64,000 nt of DNA from a bacterium (GTDB lineage: Bacteria; Patescibacteriota; Minisyncoccia; Phycocordibacterales; UBA918): positions 4,477 to 68,476 of the forward strand of contig JAIYEC010000070.1 in the NCBI GenBank assembly GCA_027487145.1, in the 5' to 3' direction. The notes under the pieces were generated by a model, which saw only the letters and a program-made list of their open reading frames with translations, ran no database searches and had not been told where the DNA came from. Positions 27,688 through 37,598 of this stretch are shown here, piece by piece. How positions within the stretch are numbered: the first letter of the stretch is position 1; each line of letters begins with the position of its first letter. Both the position numbers and the translations under genes were made by a program.

Positions 27688-30282
27688 CTAACGTTGTTCC
27701 TCTTCTTGTCTCAGAAGGGCCAATTCCTTCATCAGTCGAACAATTTCTCCAAGGAGAACGACCATCGCTTTCTCTCTCGCTAGTGGTGCATCTGGGTTTT
27801 CAAAATATTCTGGGTACTGTTCTTTTAAGACAGCTTCAGCTGTGGGACTCGTGATAGTACGAAGTTCATCAATACGTTTGGTAGTTTCTCTTACTCTTGT
27901 ACTAGTCGTATTACCTGGGGCTTCAACATGCGACAAAGATACCTGTGTCAGGGTGGGAGTTTTTGTATCGTTTGTTGTACCGAGAGTTGCTCGCCAAGTG
28001 AAAGAAGTACCCTCAAGAGCAAGTTCTTCAAATGTCTCAGGTGAAAAAGGAACAAACGTAACACCTCCATCAATACTGTACTCATAGGCAACACTGGTAT
28101 CGGCAGGAATAGTTACGCTTGGAACAAACGTGGTAAAGCGACGCTTCGTATCGAAGGTTCTTGTCTCACTTGTGTATGTGAAGGAAGACTGATATGGACC
28201 GTTATATACAACCTTAGAAACTTTTGGTGAAGTGCTTGTGTCATCAGTCTCAAGCTCAACCCGATACTGAAGCCATGGATTTGAGCCAAGGGCATTTAGC
28301 GTACAGCTAGTGTAGCTGACGCAAGTGGTCCAACTGCTCCACTCGCCCATAATATCTGGTGTGCTAATTTGAATGTAGTCAATTTCAAGAGTGGTAGCAT
28401 CAAGTTCAGTACCTGAATTACTATAGGTATACGCATCAACTAAGATCATAGAGAAGGGTTGTTGCGCATCAAAAGTTATGGTCTGCCACTCATCAGTAGT
28501 TGCCTGTTTGGAAACATAGAACTCGAATTCATCAGTAGCTAGCCCAATATCCATCAAATCAGTTGATCGATTAAGTACCCTGTACCGCATGGTAACGACA
28601 GAACCAGATTGAAAATAATTATCAGCAAAACTGGTATCAATACCGAAATATGAATATTCAGGAGAGCCTAACGGTTCACCACTAAGACGAAGGACACCAT
28701 TAGTTGCAGTAGCAGTTTGCCAATTATACGCTGAACCATAGCCATAAGGATCGGCAGTATAGCTATCAATGGTATTGAGTTCATCCTGCCACACTGCGTT
28801 AGTTGTACCGGTACGGTATGAGAGCATTATTGAATGATCGTCAGTCGTTGAAGCAGTGACAGAAAGGGATGTGGTAGGAGTAGAGGCGATAAGGCGGGGG
28901 CTACCAAGATATGTACCGTCTGAATTATAAACACTTGGAGAAATAACAGAGAGACCATTAGAAGTGCTCACATATAACCAATCGTCTTCAAGAAACGAAT
29001 GGTAGACCGAATTGCTTACCAATGAAGGATTGCTGCTAACTCCATATTGAGCCACTAAAGTGTCATCTGTGGGACTTATAGTTCCTTGGGTATTTATAAC
29101 AGAGACCCCTATCCCACTTACATAGAGATAGTCATCATCGAGAAATACGTGGTTAACGTAATTCTCTAAAAGAGGAGGAGTACTTCCTTTATCGTAGCGA
29201 GTGACTAACGTATCATCTGCAGGATTATCGAAAGTTCCTTGCGTATTAATTACCGTAAGTCCATCACTTGCTACATACAATAGATTCCCATCCAAAAAAG
29301 AAAAATCTATTCTGTTTGTGGGTAAAGATGGAGTACTTCCGGTGTAGTAGCGAGTTACATACGTATCATCTGCAGGTGAAAGGGTTCCTTTAGTATCAAT
29401 CACTTCCACTCCCCCATATGAATTGAGGTAGAGGTAATTACCATCACGAAATGCCTGTGTAACCCGGGAATTAGCGAGGGACGGTGTACTACCTGTGTCG
29501 TACCGGATAACGAGCGTATCATCAGCTGGTGAGAGTGTACCTTGCGAATTTATCACATTAAATCCGTTGGAGGTGCTGATATATACCAGATTACCCTCTT
29601 TAAACGCATGGCTTGTACAGCCTGTACTGATAGAAGGACTACTTGTATTGGAATACTTCACAAGAAGAGTATCATCAGAAGGGTTGGTTGTACCCTTTGT
29701 ATCAACGACATGGAGACCACCGCCTCCGCCGCCACACCATACACTCATATATAGTAAATCACCTTCTTTAAAAGCATTATAGACAAAATTATCACTCAAC
29801 GCAGGTGAACTTCCTGTATGGTATCGAGCTACGAAAGTATCGTCGGAGGGGTCAGATGTGCTCTTCGTATCAAAGACGTATACCCCAGCATTTCGGGTAC
29901 TTATATAAACTAACCCATTTTCAATGAAGGAATGCGTGATGTAGCCGTAATCATCCGGTAATCCTGGATTCGTTGTCTTAGTATACGCATACCCTTTACT
30001 TATTTCTATTCCTCCATCTTGAAGAAAACTAGTCATCGCAAAGTAGTTTGACTTATTATTTCCAACGGAAAAATCTTCAAGAGTATCATCACTTGTGGAG
30101 GCGGTAGATGTAAGCGAGACTGGTGCTTCACTAAAATCCCAGGTGGTTGTCTCGGTCGCAGTCACGGCAGATGAAAGTTGTAAAAAAATTATAGGAGTGA
30201 GAATAAGTACCAAAAATAGCGCGATCTTAGCTCGACGCTCTTTGAGAACAATGGTATAAGGAGTGAAAATAGACCGTGACAT
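27688..30282 (-). CDS. Large surface protein with ~50-aa LVIVD-like propeller repeats
   Basis: Signal/TM segment; about six repeats of DG.LLYVS..GL.VI.T.GT..P.DDTLV.RY..GS.PSL. Confidence 0.8.
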   Translation of the reverse strand: MSRSIFTPYTIVLKERRAKIALFLVLILTPIIFLQLSSAVTATETTTWDFSEAPVSLTSTASTSDDTLEDFSVGNNKSNYFAMTSFLQDGGIEISKGYAYTKTTNPGLPDDYGYITHSFIENGLVYISTRNAGVYVFDTKSTSDPSDDTFVARYHTGSSPALSDNFVYNAFKEGDLLYMSVWCGGGGGGLHVVDTKGTTNPSDDTLLVKYSNTSSPSISTGCTSHAFKEGNLVYISTSNGFNVINSQGTLSPADDTLVIRYDTGSTPSLANSRVTQAFRDGNYLYLNSYGGVEVIDTKGTLSPADDTYVTRYYTGSTPSLPTNRIDFSFLDGNLLYVASDGLTVINTQGTFDNPADDTLVTRYDKGSTPPLLENYVNHVFLDDDYLYVSGIGVSVINTQGTISPTDDTLVAQYGVSSNPSLVSNSVYHSFLEDDWLYVSTSNGLSVISPSVYNSDGTYLGSPRLIASTPTTSLSVTASTTDDHSIMLSYRTGTTNAVWQDELNTIDSYTADPYGYGSAYNWQTATATNGVLRLSGEPLGSPEYSYFGIDTSFADNYFQSGSVVTMRYRVLNRSTDLMDIGLATDEFEFYVSKQATTDEWQTITFDAQQPFSMILVDAYTYSNSGTELDATTLEIDYIQISTPDIMGEWSSWTTCVSYTSCTLNALGSNPWLQYRVELETDDTSTSPKVSKVVYNGPYQSSFTYTSETRTFDTKRRFTTFVPSVTIPADTSVAYEYSIDGGVTFVPFSPETFEELALEGTSFTWRATLGTTNDTKTPTLTQVSLSHVEAPGNTTSTRVRETTKRIDELRTITSPTAEAVLKEQYPEYFENPDAPLAREKAMVVLLGEIVRLMKELALLRQEEEQR

Positions 30283-30291
30283 ACCTGATAA

Positions 30292-30708
30292 TTAAAATCC
30301 TTGATGGAAAAATCGTAAACACATACCAGGATGTCCAAACTTATTTATAGCCTCATCAGTAAAGCAGTCAGTTGGTGAAAGAGGTGTCCACTCTTCAGTT
30401 GCAGCTGGAACACCACTAGTTACCGTTGTTCGCGATGATTCTGGCAACGATTCACTATCATTTGCCTGTTCTACGAGGATGGTAGATGAGGTACTGGTAG
30501 TGGTTGCTATGTTAGCACTACTACTTGCAGTGGTGGTTGAAACAGTGCCGACTGTTTCTCCAGCAGTGTCTACTTGAATTTCTTTGGAAGGAATTTCTGG
30601 TAAAGCTTGCGGTTCAGGATCATTGGAAGCAAAAACTGTCACGATAAAGAGACTAGTCGAAACTAGCATGCCAAGCAATACCGGAAGACGAGTCACATAT
30701 TGCAACAT
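30292..30708 (-). CDS. Secreted Ser/Thr-rich small protein
   Basis: Signal-like N-terminus, T/S-rich linker, C-terminal Cys pair. Confidence 0.6.
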   Translation of the reverse strand: MLQYVTRLPVLLGMLVSTSLFIVTVFASNDPEPQALPEIPSKEIQVDTAGETVGTVSTTTASSSANIATTTSTSSTILVEQANDSESLPESSRTTVTSGVPAATEEWTPLSPTDCFTDEAINKFGHPGMCLRFFHQGF

Positions 30709-30748
30709 ATGTGCTTATGGTAACACGTACACTCAGGGTTTTATCAGA

Positions 30749-32017
30749 CTAGACAAATCTTTCTGGAACCGGAAATGCCTCACAGAGAGCTTGTACTTCT
30801 TTTTGAATAGCTATTTTTGCCTCTGCATCATCTTTAGCCCGCATCGTTGCAATCATAAGTTCAGCTAACTTGGTTGCCTCCGCTTCTTTCATTCCGCGCG
30901 TAGTCATGGCTGGTGTACCAAAGCGAATGCCAGATGGATCCATCGCTGTACGCGGTTCATCAGCAATCATATTTTTATTAAGGGTAATCCCTACCTCATC
31001 AAGTACCATCTCGGCTTCTTTACCGGTAATACCAAGTGACCCATACACATCAGCGAGTAGTAAATGATTATCAGTCCCGCCGCAAAGAAGTCGGATTCCT
31101 TCTTTTTTAAAGACCGCTTCCATAGCTTTGGCATTTTTAAGAATCTGGACCGCGTACTCTTTAAAGTTTGGGTGCAATGCTTCTTGAAACGCTACCGCTT
31201 TAGCTGCAATCACATTCATATGTGGTCCACCCTGCATCCCCGGGAAGACTGCCTTATCAATTCGCTTGGCGAGCTCTGCATCTTCCCGCACCACAATCAT
31301 CCCGCCCCGCGGACCTCGTAGTGACTTGTGGGTAGTCATAGTCATCACGTCAAAACCATAATCAAACGGATTCTTCAGTACCCCACCGGCAATGAGTCCG
31401 GTGATATGCGCAATGTCAGCCACGGTATATGCGCCAACTTCTTTAGCAATCTCTACAAATTTGGCGTAATCAAGCTCGCGAGAATAGGCAGAAAAACCAG
31501 CTAAGATAATCTTTGGCTTGTGTTCGAGCGCCATCTGACGTAAGTGATCATAGTCAATTTCTCCGGTATCAACGTCTTTCATCTTATATCGGACAAAGTT
31601 GAACACTTTATTGATAGCCGTTGTCGGGTGGCCATGAGTGAGGTGTCCGCCGTGAGAGAGATCCATTCCAAGTACGGTATCTCCCGGCTCCATCAGGGCA
31701 AAGTACATCGCAACATTTGCTGCTGCTCCACCAAGTGGTTGGACATTGGCGTACTTCGCCTTAAAGAGTTGCTTCGCTCGTTCAATCGCAAGCGTTTCAA
31801 TGACGTCGGTAAACTGCTGACCACCATAGTATCGCTTGCCTGGGTAGCCTTCAGAGTATTTATTAGTAAAGACAGAACCATTCGCTTCACGCACGGCCTT
31901 ACTCGCGTAGTTTTCGCTTGGGATTAATTCGATTCCTCGTTGCTCACGCAACTCTTCACCCATAAGAGCCTGATAGATGGCGTCGTCTTGCTCTTTAATG
32001 TAGGTATATTCGTTCAT
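30749..32017 (-). CDS. glyA: Serine hydroxymethyltransferase
   Basis: LIPSENY, NKYSEGYPGKRYYGG, TTHKSLRGPRGG, SGIRFGTPA. Confidence 0.98.
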   Translation of the reverse strand: MNEYTYIKEQDDAIYQALMGEELREQRGIELIPSENYASKAVREANGSVFTNKYSEGYPGKRYYGGQQFTDVIETLAIERAKQLFKAKYANVQPLGGAAANVAMYFALMEPGDTVLGMDLSHGGHLTHGHPTTAINKVFNFVRYKMKDVDTGEIDYDHLRQMALEHKPKIILAGFSAYSRELDYAKFVEIAKEVGAYTVADIAHITGLIAGGVLKNPFDYGFDVMTMTTHKSLRGPRGGMIVVREDAELAKRIDKAVFPGMQGGPHMNVIAAKAVAFQEALHPNFKEYAVQILKNAKAMEAVFKKEGIRLLCGGTDNHLLLADVYGSLGITGKEAEMVLDEVGITLNKNMIADEPRTAMDPSGIRFGTPAMTTRGMKEAEATKLAELMIATMRAKDDAEAKIAIQKEVQALCEAFPVPERFV

Positions 32018-32144
32018 GATTAAAATAATTAAGGTAAATAAGAAATTCAGAGATGAACGAATAGCGTTAGATCATAGGGATTTTATTATAAAAACAGTAT
32101 ATCACAAAAGGCCGGAGCTTCGCTCCGGCCTTTTAGCCTTATTT

Positions 32145-33122
32145 CTATGAATTAGTACTTCGATTAGCGTGAATATCAGCGTGGAAGCCTCCCACCACTG
32201 CCATTTCAGCCTTGATTGGTGGATGTGCCTCGTAGTCATGGAGTGTCACATGTTCTGGGCGGAATGATTCAAGTGAGGTCACCTCATCACTAATAGTTAC
32301 CTTCGGAAACGCAAATGGCGCTCTAGAGATTTGTTCTTTCGCTTGTTCGATGTGGTTTTCATAAATGTGAACATCGCCGAAGGTGTGAACAAACTCGCCA
32401 GCCTCGTAGCCAGTAATTTTAGCGAGAATCATGGTGAGAAGCGCATAACTTGCAATGTTAAACGGCACCCCAAGGAAAATGTCAGCGGACCGCTGGTAGA
32501 GCTGGAGACAGAGCTTCCCTTGGTTAATATTTACCTGGTACATATTGTGGCAAATTGGAAACCGCGCGGCTTCGCCAGGACGCGCCATCGCATAGAGGTA
32601 TTCGGGGTTCCAACTTGTCACAATTGCGTTGTGACAATTTGGATCAGCTTTAATTTCATCTACCACCCACTGCAATTGGTCAACACCTCCCCCATCTTTT
32701 CGTGGCCACTTACGCCACATTTCACCATAGATGTGTGGTAACTCACCATGTTGCGCAGCATATGCATCATCAGTCAAAATCTTTTCGATGAATTCATCTT
32801 TGGTGAGTTCTGGCCAACCCTGCGCTTCTCGCTTGTCATTATAGATACGGAACGGATAATCGTTCCAGATATTTACCTTATTATCTACCAAGTACTTGAT
32901 ATTGGTCTGCCCAGAGAGAAACCAGTACAACTCATGGAGCACTCCCTTCCAATACACTTTCTTCGTCGTAAGAAGCGGCAACCCTTCGCTCAAGTCATAT
33001 CGCATTTGTTTTCCAAACAAACTGTACGTGACATCTTTTGACTGCGCATCAACCTGCTTACTTCCTTTTTCTAGAATCTCTTGTACCAAATCAAGATATT
33101 GATACTCTGGGTGTTTATTCAT
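32145..33122 (-). CDS. thyA: Thymidylate synthase
   Basis: PLLTTKKV, ELYWFLSG, PICH, YQRSADIFLGVPFN, HIYENH. Confidence 0.97.
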   Translation of the reverse strand: MNKHPEYQYLDLVQEILEKGSKQVDAQSKDVTYSLFGKQMRYDLSEGLPLLTTKKVYWKGVLHELYWFLSGQTNIKYLVDNKVNIWNDYPFRIYNDKREAQGWPELTKDEFIEKILTDDAYAAQHGELPHIYGEMWRKWPRKDGGGVDQLQWVVDEIKADPNCHNAIVTSWNPEYLYAMARPGEAARFPICHNMYQVNINQGKLCLQLYQRSADIFLGVPFNIASYALLTMILAKITGYEAGEFVHTFGDVHIYENHIEQAKEQISRAPFAFPKVTISDEVTSLESFRPEHVTLHDYEAHPPIKAEMAVVGGFHADIHANRSTNS

Positions 33123-33179
33123 AATGCTTTGTAATTTTATCTCTGGTAAGTGTATAAGGTTGGTAGTTACATATTACCA

Positions 33180-33257
33180 GTTCCAGGAATTTCGCCTAGG
33201 AAAGGGCAAAATTCGGAACTAAATTCGCAATAGTCGCTACGCTCGTTTGCTCATTTA
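33180..33257. repeat. Dispersed structured intergenic element, copy E3
   Basis: GTTCC..GAATTTCGCC/GGCAAAATTC..GGAAC plus AATAGTC-GCTACGC-TCGTTTGCTCA; homologous to 3603-3690. Confidence 0.75.
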
Positions 33258-33264
33258 ATACGTG

Positions 33265-33807
33265 TTATTTTTTATCGCTAAAATGATCTGAATTTTTACT
33301 ATCGTACCGCCCTACATCTTCGTAACTTTTTGAACAGGGTGAAGACAGTTTAGCAAAAATAAGCTGAGCAACCTCCATCCCTGGACGAAGAATTATCGGA
33401 ATATTGCTACTATTTACGAGTTCAAACGTCGGATAAAATTTGTGTCCTGGATTAAACAACATAGCGGTGTTATGTACCACGAGTCCTATTCGAGCCAAAC
33501 TGCTCTTTCCCGAAAGAAGAATGAGATGCTCAAGATCGACACCGATAAACTCTTTTTGCTTCCCGAGTACATTCTCTCCTGGATGAAGCACAAACTCCTC
33601 TCCGTCTGGAATAATTATTTTGCGAGTCTTAGGAAAAATTTTACGCGCCGGGTCAGAAGCTTCGATTTGGTGTCGGTCAACGATTTCAAACTCATTCCCA
33701 AGCGTTACATCATAACTAGCAAGCTGAAGTTTTCGCTCGTCAAACGGCTCTATTACCACTGCGCCACTGGCAACCGCTGCTTTTATATCTACATCAGAAA
33801 GAAACAT
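33265..33807 (-). CDS. dcd: dCTP deaminase
   Basis: LSDVDI, QLASYDVTLG, GKSSLARIGL, ELVN..LRPGMEVAQL. Confidence 0.9.
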   Translation of the reverse strand: MFLSDVDIKAAVASGAVVIEPFDERKLQLASYDVTLGNEFEIVDRHQIEASDPARKIFPKTRKIIIPDGEEFVLHPGENVLGKQKEFIGVDLEHLILLSGKSSLARIGLVVHNTAMLFNPGHKFYPTFELVNSSNIPIILRPGMEVAQLIFAKLSSPCSKSYEDVGRYDSKNSDHFSDKK

Positions 33808-33809
33808 GG

Positions 33810-34412
33810 CTATTGTATTTTATGTTTAAACTCTTGTAACACATCTTCTGAAAGCAATTCATTAAATACCACGTCACTAAATAACTGAGCTTTGATTCCA
33901 ACCTCACGTGCTGACTCAACGTTCTTATCTTCATTGTCTACAAAACCAACTTCAAAGGGTTCCACATTCAATTTTTCCAGTACAGCTCTAAAGTAGTCAG
34001 GATTCCCTTTCTTAACTTTTAAGTCGGCTGAGAAAAAGTATCCGTCCAACATATCGCCAAGGATCGTTTCAATTTTTCGACTTCTATAATGTTCATTGTT
34101 TGAAGCCAAGTAACACTTGATTCCTTTTTCTCGATAGCCTTGGATTTCCTCTAAAAAATCTTGATCTAAAACTACATCTTCGAACCAATAGTCCATGAAG
34201 TCATCGACCGAACCTTGCCAGCCCCATGATTCTAAAAATGGCACGAGTTCTTCTCTGAGGTCTTTTGCTCCTTCTTGGCATGCACCGAACGGACCTTTAA
34301 AGAATTTCAATACATCTTCAATCGGAACATTATGTTCACGAGAAAACTTCTCACTAAAAAATTCCCCTTTCTTAAGAACTACTCCATCAGCATCAAATAA
34401 TAAAACTTTCAT
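33810..34412 (-). CDS. HAD-superfamily hydrolase
   Basis: LLFDADGVV, ASNN, K..PDYF, FVDNEDKNV. Confidence 0.9.
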   Translation of the reverse strand: MKVLLFDADGVVLKKGEFFSEKFSREHNVPIEDVLKFFKGPFGACQEGAKDLREELVPFLESWGWQGSVDDFMDYWFEDVVLDQDFLEEIQGYREKGIKCYLASNNEHYRSRKIETILGDMLDGYFFSADLKVKKGNPDYFRAVLEKLNVEPFEVGFVDNEDKNVESAREVGIKAQLFSDVVFNELLSEDVLQEFKHKIQ

Positions 34413-34414
34413 AC

Positions 34415-35089
34415 TTATTCAATGACAAAAATTCTATCGGTGCCGTAGTAGTCGGGCCAATTGGCATTATAAAAAGAGAACATACGAGCCAAACGATCTT
34501 GATCAAGCTCAATAATTTCTAACTCTGCCATTAACTCGTCAATCTCTGCGCGCACAGTATCCGCTAGTGCTTCATCATGGACGATCTTCTCTACTTCCGC
34601 CACGTAGCCATACCCAGCGTTTTTATCAAGTGATACACTCGCTCCTTTATACGCATACTCTTCTCGCTCCCGCGACCATTTCGCCTGGTAGGTGAAGCCG
34701 GCATTTAAGATACGCTCGTCAAGTTCATCAAGGGTAACGGCTACTGGTTCTTCAAATTCCATCCGCTTTATAGTATTGGCGCTAGTACCTTCATCAATTG
34801 AAGCCTTGACCACGAGCAACACCTCCCCATCACGCTGCCTGCTACGGATTGAAAACTCAGCACCACGATCAATTGTCACTTTTAACTTAGCCTGTGTCTC
34901 TTCATCAAACAAGTCCTTCACGGCTTCGTACAAGTCCTCCATCGCCCCACCCTCAAAGTAGTGATTGAGTTGTTTGTTAGTGCTGATACAGACACACTCC
35001 GGGTCGAGTGCACACATCTTCTCTTTTAACCTGTCGGCCGTTGCCTGGTCTCCGAGTAAGCTTTTTACCTCAATTTCAAAGTGTGACAT
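34415..35089 (-). CDS. CYTH (triphosphate tunnel) domain protein
   Basis: N-terminal EIEVK, QLNHYF, SREREEY, LD..GYVAEVE. Confidence 0.8.
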   Translation of the reverse strand: MSHFEIEVKSLLGDQATADRLKEKMCALDPECVCISTNKQLNHYFEGGAMEDLYEAVKDLFDEETQAKLKVTIDRGAEFSIRSRQRDGEVLLVVKASIDEGTSANTIKRMEFEEPVAVTLDELDERILNAGFTYQAKWSREREEYAYKGASVSLDKNAGYGYVAEVEKIVHDEALADTVRAEIDELMAELEIIELDQDRLARMFSFYNANWPDYYGTDRIFVIE

Positions 35090-35174
35090 ATAGCAAGAAA
35101 ATTAGTAGTTTTATTATACTGCCCTCACCGTCAGTCCGACAAAAGACAGTTCTACATGTGTATGGCATAATTGC

Positions 35175-35272
35175 TTGAGCAAACGAGCACGAAGTGCGAC
35201 TATTGCGAAAGTATACAGGCGCTTAGTATATTTCGACCTCCAAGGGAGAAATAGACTGTAGCGAGCTGTAGA
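35175..35272. repeat. Dispersed structured intergenic element, copy E4
   Basis: TGAGCAAACGA-GCACGAAGTGC-GACTATTGCGAAAGTATACAGGCGC..GCGAGCTGTA; reverse-complement homolog of 4571-4670. Confidence 0.75.
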
Positions 35273-35311
35273 AGTACACCTCTCAATAATCTAGGACCGA
35301 CTAACTCCATT

Positions 35312-35860
35312 ATGTTTACCTTCCTCAAAAAAATCATCCCTCCAACTGAGCCACCAATCGTGATAGTGGCTGCTATGTCAAAGGTTGATCGTGGTATCGG
35401 AAAAGAAAACAAACTACTGTGGCATATCCCAGAAGATCTTAAGCGCTTTAAATCACTCACGTATGGACACCCTATTATTATGGGTCGAAAGACTTTTGAG
35501 TCGATTGTGGCCATTCTTGGAAAACCATTACCCGGCCGGACCAATATTGTTATCACGAGAGACACCACCTACGCACCCGAAGGCGTACACGTAGCCTACT
35601 CATTAGAAGAAGCTATTCTTCACGCTAAGCAAGAGTATCCGGAAGAAATACACATTGGTGGCGGAGCTGAAATCTACCGCTTAGCACTCCCCTTTGTAAC
35701 CAGGCTTCATATCACCTGGATTCACGATAAGCCAGAGGCTGATACATTCTTTCCACCGTTTGAGGAAGAGTTTGAAATCACCAAGACTTATCCCGCAGCC
35801 ACTCACAATACTCTCACCTACCAATGGGTAGACTACGAGAGCAAACGAGGGAAGAAATAA
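35312..35860 (+). CDS. folA: Dihydrofolate reductase
   Basis: GIGKENKLLWHIPEDLKRFK, IMGRKTFES, LPGRTNIVITR, IGGGAEIY, DTFFP. Confidence 0.96.
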   Translation: MFTFLKKIIPPTEPPIVIVAAMSKVDRGIGKENKLLWHIPEDLKRFKSLTYGHPIIMGRKTFESIVAILGKPLPGRTNIVITRDTTYAPEGVHVAYSLEEAILHAKQEYPEEIHIGGGAEIYRLALPFVTRLHITWIHDKPEADTFFPPFEEEFEITKTYPAATHNTLTYQWVDYESKRGKK

Positions 35861-35909
35861 AAAAAGGCAGGGCCGCAATGTCCCCCACCACTTTTATTAC
35901 CATCTTGAA

Positions 35910-36437
35910 TTATGAAACGAGAGCTACCTCTCGAGACATTTGCCTCAGAAGGTTTTCTGAACCCCGAAACAAATCGGGATGTTGTTGCAGAAGCAGCTGG
36001 CTCAAAGCCGAGATCATAGTGCGCTTGTTTGCGCTAAAGCCTTGCTCGGCGATTGCCATGATTTGTTGAGGGGTAAACCAGCCTGCGGCGGGAGCTTCAG
36101 GGCTCTGTTGCAAAACCACACCCGTATGACAGTGAACTAAAAAGAATCGATACCGTTTGGTTCTGCCGTCTTCAACCGCTGGACCAGTAAAATCAGAAGG
36201 TCCATGACTGATACTCCGTAATTGGTACTGCCCAGGCAAAAGACTAACTTCTTGCCACAGTTCACGCTTCAGTGCTTCTTCTGTAGATTCACCAGGTTCA
36301 ACGCCACCGCCAACAAAGGTATGTGTGCACTCCCCACAAGCCTGCGCTTTGCCTGACCAGATCAAACCAAACTGCAGTTGCCCCTTTGAACAGACACGGA
36401 CCAAGACTGCGAGTACCGTTTCTCTGTATGGATTCAT
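35910..36437 (-). CDS. NUDIX hydrolase (divergent)
   Basis: GGGVEPGESTEEALKRELWQEV; GAGGGGA SD. Confidence 0.8.
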   Translation of the reverse strand: MNPYRETVLAVLVRVCSKGQLQFGLIWSGKAQACGECTHTFVGGGVEPGESTEEALKRELWQEVSLLPGQYQLRSISHGPSDFTGPAVEDGRTKRYRFFLVHCHTGVVLQQSPEAPAAGWFTPQQIMAIAEQGFSANKRTMISALSQLLLQQHPDLFRGSENLLRQMSREVALVS

Positions 36438-36575
36438 GAATAATCCCCTCTATTTCCCCGGACAAAACTATCCTTGTCTATTATAACCAAACTTGGCTTT
36501 GCGAATATGAAATTTGCTCAGATTTCAAACTATAAAACGCTTTGTAGTTTTCGTAAAACAGTTTTAGCAGAGAGT

Positions 36576-37289
36576 CTAAAGTGAGAGAAAGCGTTCGTAG
36601 AGCACACGAAAGGTGTCTTCTTCAAATGGTACGAGAAAATCTTGTTTGGTATCACTGTCAGTAAAGGTAAGGTTTGGCACTCCGCGGGCAATAACAACAG
36701 GCTGACATTCATCAGTCTCTCCCATCACCACTCCAGCTCCAGCCGCGAGTGCATCAACAACATTACCCACCTCAATTTTCATCTCTCGACCAAAAAGATC
36801 TTCCCGTCCCACGTAATTAATAGTAGGGGCAAAGCCAGCGTACCCGATTGAAATACCCAAAGCACCGCGTCGTAGCGGCGCAGAGTGACTGTCGGTAATA
36901 ACCACTCCGACAGTTTCTAGGTTAAATCGTTTTTTTAGATACACCAAAATATCAAGAGCGCTCTTAAACGGATCTTTCGGCAAGAGAATATAATGCCCAT
37001 TTGCGTTACTCTCATCAATCCCTGCGGTGCCAATAAACGCGTTGTGCTTTACTGTCAGTGGTGACGGCCAATATGATCGTGGAATAAGGAGTTCGGCTTC
37101 CTGTCTCACTAACTCACTTTTTTCAACACTCCCGAGTGGAACACAATTGCCTTCACTGATTGATACCACCTTCGACGACACGATGATAATGTCTCCCTCA
37201 AGCACCTCATCAAGCGACTCGTCGAGTACCGAAAAAAGATCGTCGTACGGCGGCTGCATGATACGGGTTTTGATAGGAATATACTGCAT
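36576..37289 (-). CDS. CofE-like gamma-glutamyl ligase (putative folate polyglutamylation)
   Basis: GDIIIVSSKVVS, AGIDESNA, VVITDS, DLFGR, MGETDECQP. Confidence 0.85.
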   Translation of the reverse strand: MQYIPIKTRIMQPPYDDLFSVLDESLDEVLEGDIIIVSSKVVSISEGNCVPLGSVEKSELVRQEAELLIPRSYWPSPLTVKHNAFIGTAGIDESNANGHYILLPKDPFKSALDILVYLKKRFNLETVGVVITDSHSAPLRRGALGISIGYAGFAPTINYVGREDLFGREMKIEVGNVVDALAAGAGVVMGETDECQPVVIARGVPNLTFTDSDTKQDFLVPFEEDTFRVLYERFLSL

Positions 37290-37328
37290 GGAGACACTAT
37301 AGTGATTTTATATAAAAAAAGAAAGGGG

Positions 37329-37487
37329 CTATTCACCCCCTTCCGACTCTTTTGGTAACTGCTTGTAATATTCAAGCGCCTCAGCGATTGATCTACCTTT
37401 CTTATCTTTTTGTGATTCTCCTTCAGAGGTTTTGTTTGAACGATTACGGCACCTGGATGCATGTGCAACTGATTTACGATTTCTCAT
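37329..37487 (-). CDS. Possible 52-aa charged peptide
   Basis: Hand-translated ORF between two terminators, TGC-TATACT upstream; no homology recognised. Confidence 0.3.
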   Translation of the reverse strand: MRNRKSVAHASRCRNRSNKTSEGESQKDKKGRSIAEALEYYKQLPKESEGGE

Positions 37488-37598
37488 AACCACTCACTTT
37501 GCTCTATCCTGCCGCAGTATAGCAAATAATCTCTCTATGAAAAATGACCGCCGTATACCGGCGGTCACACATATGGTTCAGCGCGTGAAAGTTTTCAC

